Positions 31,345 to 39,704 of a stretch of DNA of 64,000 bases are shown here, piece after piece. The stretch spans positions 64,001-128,000 of the forward strand of contig CBFGJX010000003.1 in the NCBI GenBank assembly GCA_965649225.1, given 5' to 3'. The number at the start of each line of letters is the position of its first letter. Positions within the stretch are counted from its first letter, which is position 1. The DNA is from a candidate division WOR-3 bacterium. GTDB taxonomy: Bacteria; Hydrothermota; Tepidihabitantia; Tepidihabitantales; Tepidihabitantaceae. The notes beneath the pieces were generated by a model, which was not told the origin of the DNA, did no database searches, and saw only the letters and a program-made list of their open reading frames with translations. Position numbers and translations under genes: made by a program.

Positions 31345-33603
31345 TCAGCGGAAACTGGCCTTCGCTCCCAGTGTCGGCAGAATCGGCAGCTGAGGAATCC
31401 GCCGACGGACCGGCAGACCGTCGGACCCGACCTCATAGTAGTACAACAGAACATTCCTGGCATTGTAGACATTGGCCACGTCGACAAATATCTCAACCCG
31501 TGCCCCGCGCAGGTCCCATTGCCGTGTTGCACCGACATCCAGTCGGTGATAAACCGGATAGCGGAACGCATCGCGCGGGCCGCGCAGAAAGCCCCAGGCC
31601 GGCTCACCGGGTTCGGGCTGGCCTGGCCGCTCCTGATACCGGCGATAGAAGCCGACCACGCCCGAGTAAGGCAGCCCGGTACCGATTGTCCAGCGCGCGG
31701 AAATGTCGACACCGTAAAACAACCGCGGCAGAGTCAGGACCAGATTGGCATTGTGTCGCCGGTCATAGTGCGGAAAGTACTCCTCGTCGCCGGTACGACG
31801 GCGCGTCCACGCGAATGAGTAACTCAACCAGCCGTTGATCCGGCCCTCGGTTTTGCGCAGCATCAGATCAGCACCACTCGACCAGCCCGATGCCGGCAAG
31901 AGCGAATCGGGCTGAGTAAAAAACCGCCCGTAGCGCGTTTCCAGCAGGTCCCGGTAATCCTTGTAGTAAAACTCCACCTGCACCATTGCCGTCCGTGCCA
32001 GCCACTGCTCGAGGCCGCCGATCAGATGCCATGCGGTCGGCAGCGGCCGCCAGTCCGGCACCGGTGCCCAGACATCGTAAATCGAAAAAACCGCCTCGGT
32101 CGAGTTCAGGGTTACCATCGCTTGGGAAAACCGTCCGGCGGCGGCATTCAGTGTCGTATTTTCCCAGGGCCGGTATTTCACCCCCAGCCGCGGTTCGGGC
32201 ACCAGCCGGCCGCCCTTGCTGTAATAGCTCAGTCGGAACCCAGGCTTGACAAACAACCGATTCCCGATCGCCTCCCACTTTTCGTCCAGGTAGACCGCCA
32301 GCGGCCAGAGCGAGTCCCGGCGCGAGAAACTTACCGTATCAAAGCCAAAAAACACCCTGACTTGCGACCAGCGGCCGTCGATTCCGAAATCCACCTCGTG
32401 CCGGTCAGCGGCAAACCATGTCAAGTCCGCCTTCAACGCGCAGTCGGTCAATCCGGTACGAAACCGGGCAGTATCGGTCTGGATGAAACTCACGCCAAAG
32501 TTTGAGTAGAAATCGCTCCAGGCCGCCAGCGCCTCACCGTAAACCACCGGCGAAAGGATGCTGTTCAGCCGCAGCGAGACACCCCGATTGCCCCAGTCAA
32601 GCCGGGCGTCAAGCGCCCCGGGGTTGGCCGGGTCTCGAAATGTCAGCACATCCTCGGCCGACAATGCCGCCAGGGTCAGCTTCGTGTCGTGCGACAGGTT
32701 GTGATTGATCTTGCCGATGACGTCGTAAAAGTGGTACCCGACTCCCTCCACCCCGAAAGCATCCAGCAGGAGGTCGGGCAGATAGGTGCGCCGGCCGGCC
32801 AGCAGAAACGAACCCTTCGGAACCGGCCCCTCAACCTGAGCCTTGGCCGCAATGAAAGAAACTGACCCGTCGCCAACAAACCGTTTGGCGTTCCCATCCT
32901 TGGTGACGACGTCAAGAACCGAAGAAAGCCGACCGCCGTAGCGCGACGGAAACCCACCCGCAAGCAGCGTGACATTTGCGATCGCCTCGGGAATGAACGG
33001 CGCAAACAACCCGAACAGATGTGATGGGTTGTAAACCGTGATGCCGTCCAGTAGCACCAGATTCTGGTCCGGCGAACCGCCGCGAATGTAGAGCCGGTTG
33101 GAAAAATCTGAAGTCGTAACCACGCCCGGCAGCAGTTGTACGCTGCGAAACAGGTCGACCTCGCCACCAACCCGCGGGATGGACAGAATCTGGCGCGGGT
33201 CCAGCCGCACAGCCGAAACCTCCACCTCGCGCTCGAACCGGGCCCGCTCCGCCGTCACCTTCACCTCGCCGACCTGAACCCGCACCCGCTTCAGTTCGAT
33301 GTCGACCGTAACCGTCCCCTCGCCGGTTACCAGCAGCCGTTGCCACTCCTCATAGCCGACAAATGACGCCCGCAGAAGGTACCTTCCCGGCGGCACCCGG
33401 CTGATGTAGTAGTACCCCCGTTCGGTTGCGGCAGTGCCCAGCGGCAGCGCGGTATCGCCATCAACCCTCTCCAGCCAGATGCTGGCAAACGCCAGTGGTT
33501 CACCGTCTGCCGCATCGCGGATGAAACCGTTGACGGCACCGGCAATGCCCCGGGCCGACAGACCGGCCAGCAGCAGCAAAACCGCCAGTCCCCGTCGACG
33601 CAA
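31345..33603 (-). CDS. TonB-dependent outer-membrane receptor with N-terminal CarboxypepD_reg-like domain
   Basis: LLPGV..LYIRGGSPDQNLVLLDG..HLFG, YGGRLSSV plug; YHRLDV, NVYN; Phe near the C-terminus. Confidence 0.92.
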   Translation of the reverse strand: MRRRGLAVLLLLAGLSARGIAGAVNGFIRDAADGEPLAFASIWLERVDGDTALPLGTAATERGYYYISRVPPGRYLLRASFVGYEEWQRLLVTGEGTVTVDIELKRVRVQVGEVKVTAERARFEREVEVSAVRLDPRQILSIPRVGGEVDLFRSVQLLPGVVTTSDFSNRLYIRGGSPDQNLVLLDGITVYNPSHLFGLFAPFIPEAIANVTLLAGGFPSRYGGRLSSVLDVVTKDGNAKRFVGDGSVSFIAAKAQVEGPVPKGSFLLAGRRTYLPDLLLDAFGVEGVGYHFYDVIGKINHNLSHDTKLTLAALSAEDVLTFRDPANPGALDARLDWGNRGVSLRLNSILSPVVYGEALAAWSDFYSNFGVSFIQTDTARFRTGLTDCALKADLTWFAADRHEVDFGIDGRWSQVRVFFGFDTVSFSRRDSLWPLAVYLDEKWEAIGNRLFVKPGFRLSYYSKGGRLVPEPRLGVKYRPWENTTLNAAAGRFSQAMVTLNSTEAVFSIYDVWAPVPDWRPLPTAWHLIGGLEQWLARTAMVQVEFYYKDYRDLLETRYGRFFTQPDSLLPASGWSSGADLMLRKTEGRINGWLSYSFAWTRRRTGDEEYFPHYDRRHNANLVLTLPRLFYGVDISARWTIGTGLPYSGVVGFYRRYQERPGQPEPGEPAWGFLRGPRDAFRYPVYHRLDVGATRQWDLRGARVEIFVDVANVYNARNVLLYYYEVGSDGLPVRRRIPQLPILPTLGAKASFR

Positions 33604-33609
33604 CAGCGG

Positions 33610-34176
33610 TTATCCCTGTGCCAGCTCGCGCACGAGCCGGCGGCCAAACTCCACTGCCGCCCGGCGGATTTCTGCCCGGCGTTCCAGCCGGCGACGGTCC
33701 GGACAGGGCGCAACCACGTGCTCACCGACCAGTTTCAGTCCGGCGTACTGAGCCAGGCGCCGGAACATCTGCACGACAAGGTCGGCACCATCAAAAGGAT
33801 CACCCCCGGCCGTCAGCACCAGTGCCCACCGGTTATCCTGCAGCAATCCCTCCCCATTCAAAAGAGCAAAACAACGGTCGAGCGCAACCTTGGTGACGCC
33901 GGAAACGCTCCAGCAGAAAACCGGACTGGTCCAGACAACCAGGTCGGCATCGGCCATCAGGTCGTAGATCTCAACCATGTCATCGCCCTGACGACAAGCC
34001 GCTTCGGTTCGACACTTCGCGCAGCCGAAGCACTCGTTGCACTCGTGGATGTTTTTCTCCATCAGTCTTATCCGTGTCGCGCGGGTCGTGCGCCCCATGC
34101 CCTCAACGACCCAGTCGGTTATCAGACTGGTATTGCCGATACGCGGACTGCCTTCAAGGAAAAGTACGTGATGCAT
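33610..34176 (-). CDS. Iron-sulfur flavoprotein / NADPH-dependent FMN reductase family
   Basis: GSPRIGNT, CNECFGC..C..C..DDM, SPVFCWSVSG. Confidence 0.85.
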   Translation of the reverse strand: MHHVLFLEGSPRIGNTSLITDWVVEGMGRTTRATRIRLMEKNIHECNECFGCAKCRTEAACRQGDDMVEIYDLMADADLVVWTSPVFCWSVSGVTKVALDRCFALLNGEGLLQDNRWALVLTAGGDPFDGADLVVQMFRRLAQYAGLKLVGEHVVAPCPDRRRLERRAEIRRAAVEFGRRLVRELAQG

Positions 34177-34271
34177 CTCGACTCCTTTACGCTCAGGATG
34201 AGGCTACCGGTGAGGGGCAGTCAGTCAAGCCAACGCTGCCCTGCAACCTTCCGCCTCGTCCGTCCGTCTCA

Positions 34272-34388
34272 ATGGCTGACAACGCACTTTGACCTCCTGA
34301 CCAGAACGGTGCAAGCAGGGGCATGACAGCCCAACTGCCTCCATCTCCAGCCTCCTGCGGTCGCCCCCGACGGGGCGACCGCTTTCTG
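34272..34388 (+). ncRNA. Candidate sRNA with an ECF-type promoter and intrinsic terminator
   Basis: TGCAAC-17-CGTC (34242-34268); three CCTCC motifs; terminator at 34357-34388; no credible ORF. Confidence 0.4.
34357..34388 (+). terminator. Intrinsic terminator inside a divergent intergenic region
   Basis: GCGGTCGCCCC-CGAC-GGGGCGACCGC-TTTCT. Confidence 0.75.
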
Positions 34389-34487
34389 TTCCAGCCGCGC
34401 ACTGTCCTCTTGACTGCAACAAGACTCTCATTACCCTGATGCATATCGGCAACGGTTGATTTTCCGGTCCGTCTCCAGTCAACACTG

Positions 34488-35468
34488 GTGCCGGCCGAAG
34501 CCCTGGCGACGCTCTCGGGCCGGCCCTGCCTGTCCCCAGGTGAACTGATAACGCTCGAACCGGGTGCCGTCCTGCACAGTGACCGCAACCCGATCCTGCC
34601 CGGACTCGGGTTCTGCGACCCGCACGCCCGGCTCGCACCCGACGGCCGGCTCTTCATCTACGCCACCCACGACGCCACACCATCAAATCCGGACTACACG
34701 ATGCACGACTGGTGGGTCTGGTCGACGCGCGACCTTGCCCACTGGACATTTGAAGGCGCACTCCGTCCCGAACAGACCGCCATCGCTGCGCCTTCTTCGG
34801 CCTGCTGGGCAACCGATGCTCTGCTGGCTGACAATCAGGCCTGGTGGTATCTGTCGGACGGCCCGCGTCGCATCCGGGTGATGCACGGTGCCGGTCCGGC
34901 CGGTCCCTGGCGTGATGGCAGCGCCCGACCGCTGGTTGCGGAAACCGACCTGCCCGGTCAGTCACGCGACCCGGCCGTCTTCATTGATACCGATGGCTCG
35001 GAGTGGCTGGTATTTGGTACCTGGGATTTCTATCTCTGCCGCCTTGCCCCGAACCGGACCAGTTTCGCCGCCCGGCCGCGACGGCTGGAAATCCGCAACC
35101 CGCAGGGCCCCTATGGTCCGGGCCGCACTGACGACAAGCCCTGTCTGCACTTTCGCCGCGGCTGGTATTATCTGAGCTGGGGCTGCTTCGCTGCCCGTTC
35201 CCGGACACTGCTCGGGCCGTACGACTGTGACGGCCCGTTCTTCGCTCCAGCCCTGGCGGAACCTCCTTTCCGCAGTGTCGAGAACTTCTTTCTCGACCGC
35301 CATGGCTCGTTCTTTGATTTCCTCGACCGCCACTGGTTTATCGCCAACGACTTCAGCCGCAAAGGCGCCAGCCCGTACTTCCGCGACAGTATCATCGTGC
35401 CGGTCGAATACCGTCCTGACGGACGAATCGCCCCGGTCTCTCTCGGTGCTGCCTACCTGTGCTCGTGA
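34488..35468 (+). CDS. Glycoside hydrolase family 43 (five-blade propeller)
   Basis: NPILPGLGFCDPH, WATD, GPAGPW, DPAVFIDTDG, DDKP, WYYLSW, HGSFF. Confidence 0.8.
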   Translation: MPAEALATLSGRPCLSPGELITLEPGAVLHSDRNPILPGLGFCDPHARLAPDGRLFIYATHDATPSNPDYTMHDWWVWSTRDLAHWTFEGALRPEQTAIAAPSSACWATDALLADNQAWWYLSDGPRRIRVMHGAGPAGPWRDGSARPLVAETDLPGQSRDPAVFIDTDGSEWLVFGTWDFYLCRLAPNRTSFAARPRRLEIRNPQGPYGPGRTDDKPCLHFRRGWYYLSWGCFAARSRTLLGPYDCDGPFFAPALAEPPFRSVENFFLDRHGSFFDFLDRHWFIANDFSRKGASPYFRDSIIVPVEYRPDGRIAPVSLGAAYLCS

Positions 35469-35555
35469 ACTCCGCCGGCCCTGACCACGATCACCCGTTT
35501 CCGCCCCGACGGCCAGCCGGCTTGACTTCTGCCCTGTCGTTACTAGCCTGACGCC

Positions 35556-36725
35556 ATGGACGAGCTCAGACTTCGCTACGGCATCAACCCGCACCAGGTT
35601 CCGGCCCGCGCCTGCGTCCACTCCGGCCATCTGCCTTTTCGGGTTCTCAATGGCGCGCCCGGCTACATCAACCTGCTTGACGCACTCAACTCCTGGCAGC
35701 TCGTGCAGGAACTCAAGAACCTCACCGGTCTGCCCGCTGCTGCCAGCTTCAAACACGTCAGCCCGGCCGGCTGCGCCGTCAGCCGACCGCTGACGCCCGA
35801 GCTCGCCGAATCACTTTTTGTCAAACCCGCCGAACTCTCGCCGCTTGCCCTCGCCTATGCCCGGGCCCGTGGCGCGGACCGGATGTCGTCGTTCGGCGAC
35901 TGGGCCGCGCTCTCCGACCCGGTTGATGAAGCTACCGCCCGCATCATCGCCCGCGAAGTCTCGGACGGCTGCATCGCCCCGGGCTATGAACCGGCCGCAC
36001 TCGAAATCCTGAAAAAGAAAAAGGCCGGCCGTTACCCGGTGCTTGAAATTGACCCCGACTACTCACCCGGCCCACTCGAAACCCGCGAGGTCTTCGGCGT
36101 CCGCCTCGAACAGGCCCGCAACACCGCGGTCATCGGTCCCGACCTGCTCGCCAATATCGTCACCCGCAACCGAACGATTCCCGAATCGGCCCGGCTCGAC
36201 ATGCTCATCGCCACGCTGTGCCTGAAATACACCCAGTCCAACTCAATCTGCCTCGCGTGGGACGGCAATGTCATCGGTGTCGGCGCCGGCCAGCAGTCCC
36301 GCATCCACTGCACCCGCCTCGCCTGTGCCAAGGCCGACAAATGGCTGTTGCGCCTGCATCCGAAAATCCGCAACCTCGCCTTCCGGAAAGAACTCACCCG
36401 TTCCGACAAAGCCACGGCCATCGACCTTTATCTTGAAGAAGACGCAACCGAAGCCGAGCTCGCAGCCTGGCGCACAAACTTCACGGTTGTGCCCGAGCCA
36501 TTGTCCGCCGCCGAAAAACGCGACTGGCTCGCCCGTTACAATGAGATTGCTCTCGCCTCCGATGCTTTCATTCCGTTCCGTGACAACATCGACCGTGCGG
36601 CCCGTTCCGGCGTGCGCTACGTGGTCCAGACCGGGGGCTCGACGCGCGATGAGGAAGTCATCGCCGCAGCCGATGAATACGGAATGGTAATGGCCTTCAC
36701 CGGGTTGCGACTGTTCCACCACTAG
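35556..36725 (+). CDS. purH: AICAR transformylase, stand-alone form lacking the IMP cyclohydrolase domain
   Basis: LRYGINPHQ, GYINLLDA, SFKHVSPAG, SSFGD, KYTQSNS, GQQSRIHC, SDAF, RLFHH. Confidence 0.9.
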   Translation: MDELRLRYGINPHQVPARACVHSGHLPFRVLNGAPGYINLLDALNSWQLVQELKNLTGLPAAASFKHVSPAGCAVSRPLTPELAESLFVKPAELSPLALAYARARGADRMSSFGDWAALSDPVDEATARIIAREVSDGCIAPGYEPAALEILKKKKAGRYPVLEIDPDYSPGPLETREVFGVRLEQARNTAVIGPDLLANIVTRNRTIPESARLDMLIATLCLKYTQSNSICLAWDGNVIGVGAGQQSRIHCTRLACAKADKWLLRLHPKIRNLAFRKELTRSDKATAIDLYLEEDATEAELAAWRTNFTVVPEPLSAAEKRDWLARYNEIALASDAFIPFRDNIDRAARSGVRYVVQTGGSTRDEEVIAAADEYGMVMAFTGLRLFHH

Positions 36726-37005
36726 CCTTGCCTGCGGCCGGCTGCCGTCCGTTTCGACCGACTGTGCTGTCTGCCGCTGTTCCTGGAAGCGGACTCTAGC
36801 CGCCCAGCCGACTCTACCGGTTTGCCGATACCAGCGACACCACCTGCCTGCACCCCCCAGTTGGCCGGCCGCCCCGATGTTCTCCCTTATGTTCTGACCG
36901 GCAGCAAAAGAGACGACCGGAACCGGACTCTGTCGGCTCGGCCAACAATGGTACAAAAGCAACAACATACTGACAAATTAATACTTAAGCTTGTAGAGGG
37001 TCTGC

Positions 37006-37028
37006 TACCGGACGGTTTCCCCCGCGGC
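37006..37028. repeat. 23-bp exact intergenic repeat, copy 2
   Basis: Identical to 2449-2471. Confidence 0.85.
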
Positions 37029-37504
37029 TCTGGCCGACTGCGCTCAAGACCAGTTGCCTGCTCACCGTCGGGTCAACAGCAGTTGAACCCCGGTCTCCTT
37101 CGTCAACAAGCCGCCGGCCATCATCGACAGTCGTGAAAACCGGCAACTGCTGACCGGGACCTCTGTCTGCTCTCCGGTTGGTCTGACACTAACGGACGGC
37201 CTGTGTCCGATACCGGTCGTTTCTCCCCGCCTGACGTTGACCAGTTGAAGCGCGGTCGCATCCATGCCATATCCCGGACCGCAGGTTTGGCGGCCCGGCT
37301 GTGTCAAATATTCGGTTACTTCCGGAGGCCTCACTCGGGGACCGACTAACGGCAATGTCGGTCCCGGCGGTTTTTGACCGGCTGGCCATCGGATAGACAA
37401 AGCCGGCACAGCCCAACTGTGACCGAACTAAGGCAAGCACCCGTCCAACCTGACGGCGGGCAAAACGCGGACAGACTATCTGTCCCTGTTGAAAGGCGAA
37501 TTGC

Positions 37505-39637
37505 ATGAGACCTGATACCAGCAGCCCGGTTTCGATACTGTCGCTGACCGTAACGCTGCTGTTGTCTGGCGTAGTTGCATCGGCCCAGCCCGAACCCTGG
37601 CGCCACCCGGACAACACGATTCACTGGTACGATGCCATGACGGCACGAAACGGCATCCGCTGGCGCGAGGCAATGACTGCTGCCGGAAAACTCGGCGGCT
37701 ACCTTGCCACGCTGACCACCGTCGCCGAGAACAACCTTGTCGCCAGCTTGTGCGACAAGGACAGCCTCTGGTATCTGCGTCCCGACCGTGGCATTCTCAG
37801 CGGCCCCTGGCTGGGTGGATATCAACTACCCGGCTCGCGCCTGCCCGACGAAGGCTGGGTCTGGGTGACCGGTGAGCCCTTCGACCTGCGCAACTGGTCA
37901 TCGGGCGAACCGGATGATTTCGGCGGTGACGAGGATGCGCTCCATTTTGGCAGCTGGGGAACTGCCCGTGTTTCAACCTGGGCGGATTTGGCTTCGGCCT
38001 ATCCGAACAACCGCGGCTATGCAATTGAACTTTCGGCCGAAACCACCACGGTCGGATTGATTCGGTCCGATTCCGGCGCCTGCCCCGGCTATACCCTGCT
38101 CGCGCCGCTTTCCTCCAACCAGGTCTATCTGCTTGATATCAAAGGCCGACCGGTCCACCGCTGGCAGGGGACTGACAACTTTGCCACCGCCAACTACCTG
38201 CTGGGCGACGGCCGCCTGCTGCGCATCGCCCGCGGTGTGGCCAACGGTCGCATCGAAATCCTCGATTGGAACAGCAACCCGGTCTGGCGTTTTGTCAATC
38301 CCGGTGGCGGCAGCTTCGGACTGCACCACGATGCCATCTATCTGCCGTCAGGGAACATCCTAGCCATCTCTTACGAATACAAGACCCGGGCCGAGGCCAT
38401 CGCCGCCGGCCGCAACCCCGCCCGCCTGACCGACAACTACATCATCCCCGACAAGATCATCGAGGTCAATCCGGCGACAAACACAATCGTCTGGGAATGG
38501 CACGCCTGGGACCATCTGATCCAGGACTTCGACTCGACCAAGGCGAACTACGGCGTGGTCCGCGACCACCCGGAGCTGATTGACATCAACTTCGGACCGA
38601 CCCGGGCCGACTGGCTGCACTGCAATAGCCTCGACTACAATCCTGAATTTGACCAGGTCATCCTGACCAGCCGCAACCTGAGTGAATTCTGGGTGATAGA
38701 TCACAGCACCACGACCGAAGAAGCACGCGGGCACACCGGCGGACGTTACGGGATGGGTGGCGATATTCTCTACCGCTGGGGCAACCCGCAGGTATACCGT
38801 GCCGGCGACTCGACCAGTCAGCGCCTGTTTGGCCCGCACAACACTCACTGGATCCGGGACGGCCTGCGTGGCGCCGGCAACCTGCTCGTTTTCAACAACG
38901 GCTGGCTCCGCCCGGGCGGCTACTATTCCACGGTTGAGGAACTGGTGCCGCCTTGCGATAGCACCGGCCGCTATGCCCGGCCGGCTCCGGGCCAGCCATT
39001 TCCGCCCACGGCGCCGGTCTGGGTTTGGGGCGCCACTCCACCCAGCGAGAAGTACTCGCCCACCATCAGCGGTGCCCAGCGGCTGCCTAACGGCAACACG
39101 CTGATCTGCAACGGTGAGGCCGGCGACATCTTCGAGGTCGGATCGGACAGTCTGATTCTCTGGGAATATGTCAACCCCGTCTCCGACACCGGACCGATCC
39201 GCCAGAGCGAAATCGAAGCCAACCTCAGCGTATTTCGTGCTCTCCGCTATCCAGCCGACTATCCCGGACTCGTCGGCCGCGACCTGAAACCCGGCTATCC
39301 GCTTGAACGTTACGAAACTCCGCCGCTGGCCCTGTCGGACCGACCGGCCTCCTCCCGGACTGGCAGCGTCACTTTCGCCGTCGGGCCCAATCCGACCCGC
39401 AGCACCGCTACCATGCGTTATTCGCTTCCCGCGCCCGGCCCATTGCGCATCGCCATCTATGATGGCTCCGGTCGTCTGATCCGCACCCTCAAAGACGACA
39501 AACACGCTGCCGCCAGTGGCAAAGTCCTCTGGGACGGAACCGATGAAAATCGCCAGAAGGTCGGCACCGGCGTCTATCTCTACCTCCTTTCTGCCGGCGA
39601 CGTAACCCGCGCCTGCCGGCTCATCCTGATGAGATAA
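37505..39637 (+). CDS. Secreted C-type-lectin + aryl-sulfotransferase (ASST-like) fusion with FlgD/T9SS-like CTD
   Basis: GGYLATL..EN, WLGG..WVWVTGE..NWSSGEPDD (CTL); HHD, WLHCNS, SGAQRLPNGNTLI (ASST); PNP..YD.SGR..WDG.D..GVYLY. Confidence 0.8.
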   Translation: MRPDTSSPVSILSLTVTLLLSGVVASAQPEPWRHPDNTIHWYDAMTARNGIRWREAMTAAGKLGGYLATLTTVAENNLVASLCDKDSLWYLRPDRGILSGPWLGGYQLPGSRLPDEGWVWVTGEPFDLRNWSSGEPDDFGGDEDALHFGSWGTARVSTWADLASAYPNNRGYAIELSAETTTVGLIRSDSGACPGYTLLAPLSSNQVYLLDIKGRPVHRWQGTDNFATANYLLGDGRLLRIARGVANGRIEILDWNSNPVWRFVNPGGGSFGLHHDAIYLPSGNILAISYEYKTRAEAIAAGRNPARLTDNYIIPDKIIEVNPATNTIVWEWHAWDHLIQDFDSTKANYGVVRDHPELIDINFGPTRADWLHCNSLDYNPEFDQVILTSRNLSEFWVIDHSTTTEEARGHTGGRYGMGGDILYRWGNPQVYRAGDSTSQRLFGPHNTHWIRDGLRGAGNLLVFNNGWLRPGGYYSTVEELVPPCDSTGRYARPAPGQPFPPTAPVWVWGATPPSEKYSPTISGAQRLPNGNTLICNGEAGDIFEVGSDSLILWEYVNPVSDTGPIRQSEIEANLSVFRALRYPADYPGLVGRDLKPGYPLERYETPPLALSDRPASSRTGSVTFAVGPNPTRSTATMRYSLPAPGPLRIAIYDGSGRLIRTLKDDKHAAASGKVLWDGTDENRQKVGTGVYLYLLSAGDVTRACRLILMR

Positions 39638-39658
39638 CGCCCGCCGGCCGGAAGCAAA

Positions 39659-39688
39659 CAGCGGGACGGGAATCTTCCCGTCCCGCTG
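39659..39688. terminator. Hairpin between convergent genes
   Basis: CAGCGGGACGGGAA-TC-TTCCCGTCCCGCTG perfect inverted repeat. Confidence 0.8.
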
Positions 39689-39704
39689 AATATCTGCCGG
39701 TTTT

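Noticed and set aside
34322..34340. ATGACAGCC..CTGCC resembling the 3' end of a c-di-GMP-I riboswitch
   Set aside because: The upstream GGCAAA / GAAA / CGCAAAGC elements are absent
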